NCBI GenBank assembly: GCA_002269645.1
Contig: NIVC01000291.1
Coordinates: 682,001-746,000 of the forward strand
Direction: 5' to 3'
Origin: Macrostomum lignano
Lineage: Eukaryota
DNA: 64,000 nucleotides
The notes under the pieces were generated by a model, which saw nothing but the letters and a program-made list of their open reading frames with translations, was not told the origin of the DNA and made no database searches. Below are positions 63,194 through 64,000 of the stretch, in pieces. The number at the start of each line of letters is the position of its first letter. Position 1 is the stretch's first letter. The translations under genes were made by a program, and so were the position numbers.

Positions 63194-63670
63194 TTATTCT
63201 AGAAACTTCATCTTAGAGTTTAGTTCCCTAATTGGCATTGACACCTGTCTCAAGCCTGGGTAGGTAACAGACAGTTTGTACAGACGAATGTACAAATAGC
63301 CAGTTGATTCCTGGATGTTTACATTTTTACACAAATGGGCGAACCGCACTTTAACATCTTGTCCAAAGTTCTCGGTGCGATAAGTTTTTAGCAGCCGCCC
63401 AACTTCGAGAATCCAATGTAGACCTCCAATTTGAGTCTTCTTGTATTTTGCTAGAGCCGCCTTCACCCTAGTGATGATGTTCTGCTCGCCAGATGGAAGC
63501 TGGTGATCAACAGCGTCCATCAGCTGATCAGCTAGTGTTACGCGGGATGCGTACAACTTCTCCCTGAATATCTGCAGATCCGCCATCTTCTTCTGCAGAG
63601 CCGCCGCCTTCTTCTCTTCGCTACTCACATTTTGCGCTTCATTCGCTGCGGCGATATCATCAGGGGCCAT
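63194..63670 (-). CDS. Intronless 158-aa ORF with an N-terminal helical region and a putative HTH (DUF3102-like pattern), possibly transposon-associated
   Basis: Non-repetitive ATG-initiated ORF. ILEVGRLLKTYR...FAHLCKNVNIQESTGYLYIRLYKL resembles the IG..L..(K)...F......S..T...Y..L pattern. The family assignment is inference. Confidence 0.55.
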   Translation of the reverse strand: MAPDDIAAANEAQNVSSEEKKAAALQKKMADLQIFREKLYASRVTLADQLMDAVDHQLPSGEQNIITRVKAALAKYKKTQIGGLHWILEVGRLLKTYRTENFGQDVKVRFAHLCKNVNIQESTGYLYIRLYKLSVTYPGLRQVSMPIRELNSKMKFLE

Positions 63671-64000
63671 GGCGAAAAACTCGATTGGTAGGTCGCCAGT
63701 TTCTAGACCGAAAAAAGGTGGTTAGTTCCTCTCTTCTTCTTGCTTGTAGATGTGACGGAATATCCTGTAAAACTCTTTGTAGCATGGCACAAAGGCCTTG
63801 CTTATCTGTCAAATGAAGATTCCACTCGACTTCCATTTTCTAAATTTTCTTGTCTTCTAATCTTCTAGTTTGGCGGACAATTTCTTAGATCACTTTCAGC
63901 GTGCTTAAGTTCCTGCAGTCGTCGTTTCTCAGTCGCAGTTGATGGCATATGCGGGGAGAATCAACCCGAGTGTTTCTGCATTTGCTTAAATACAGCTATA

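Overview
Eukaryotic (metazoan) genomic DNA with GC-rich spliced coding exons, short GT-AG introns and minisatellite-packed introns. The style resembles a free-living flatworm such as Macrostomum, but that is inference only. I reconstructed spliced genes by hand with consistent intron phases: Rab11 (+, 4 exons, 218 aa); an NWD1/2-like NACHT STAND NTPase (+, 6 exons, ~1975 aa, containing an uninterrupted Q70 tract); four intact 4-exon GT32 (DxD, SUR1/Och1-like) glycosyltransferase paralogues arranged as two divergent pairs with signs of gene conversion; a low-complexity orphan gene (-, ~497 aa); and a 7-exon ~724-aa orphan gene (-) that I cannot assign to any family. Mobile DNA includes a LINE 3' end, a decayed Crypton/DUF3504 tyrosine-recombinase fragment, a piggyBac with a frameshift and a premature stop, a 696-bp fold-back MITE with 259-bp TIRs and an 8-bp TSD, a second fold-back element with inverted tandem arrays, a tRNA-derived SINE fragment, and an HTH-like ORF next to a nested palindrome cluster. 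The most notable observations are (i) two sharply bounded CpG-depleted, TpA-rich blocks over the 5' gene bodies of two genes, with a 31-bp repeat that records only C>T/G>A changes, (ii) the mosaic GT32 cluster, and (iii) the 724-aa orphan. All coordinates and counts were read by eye, and no database searches were run.
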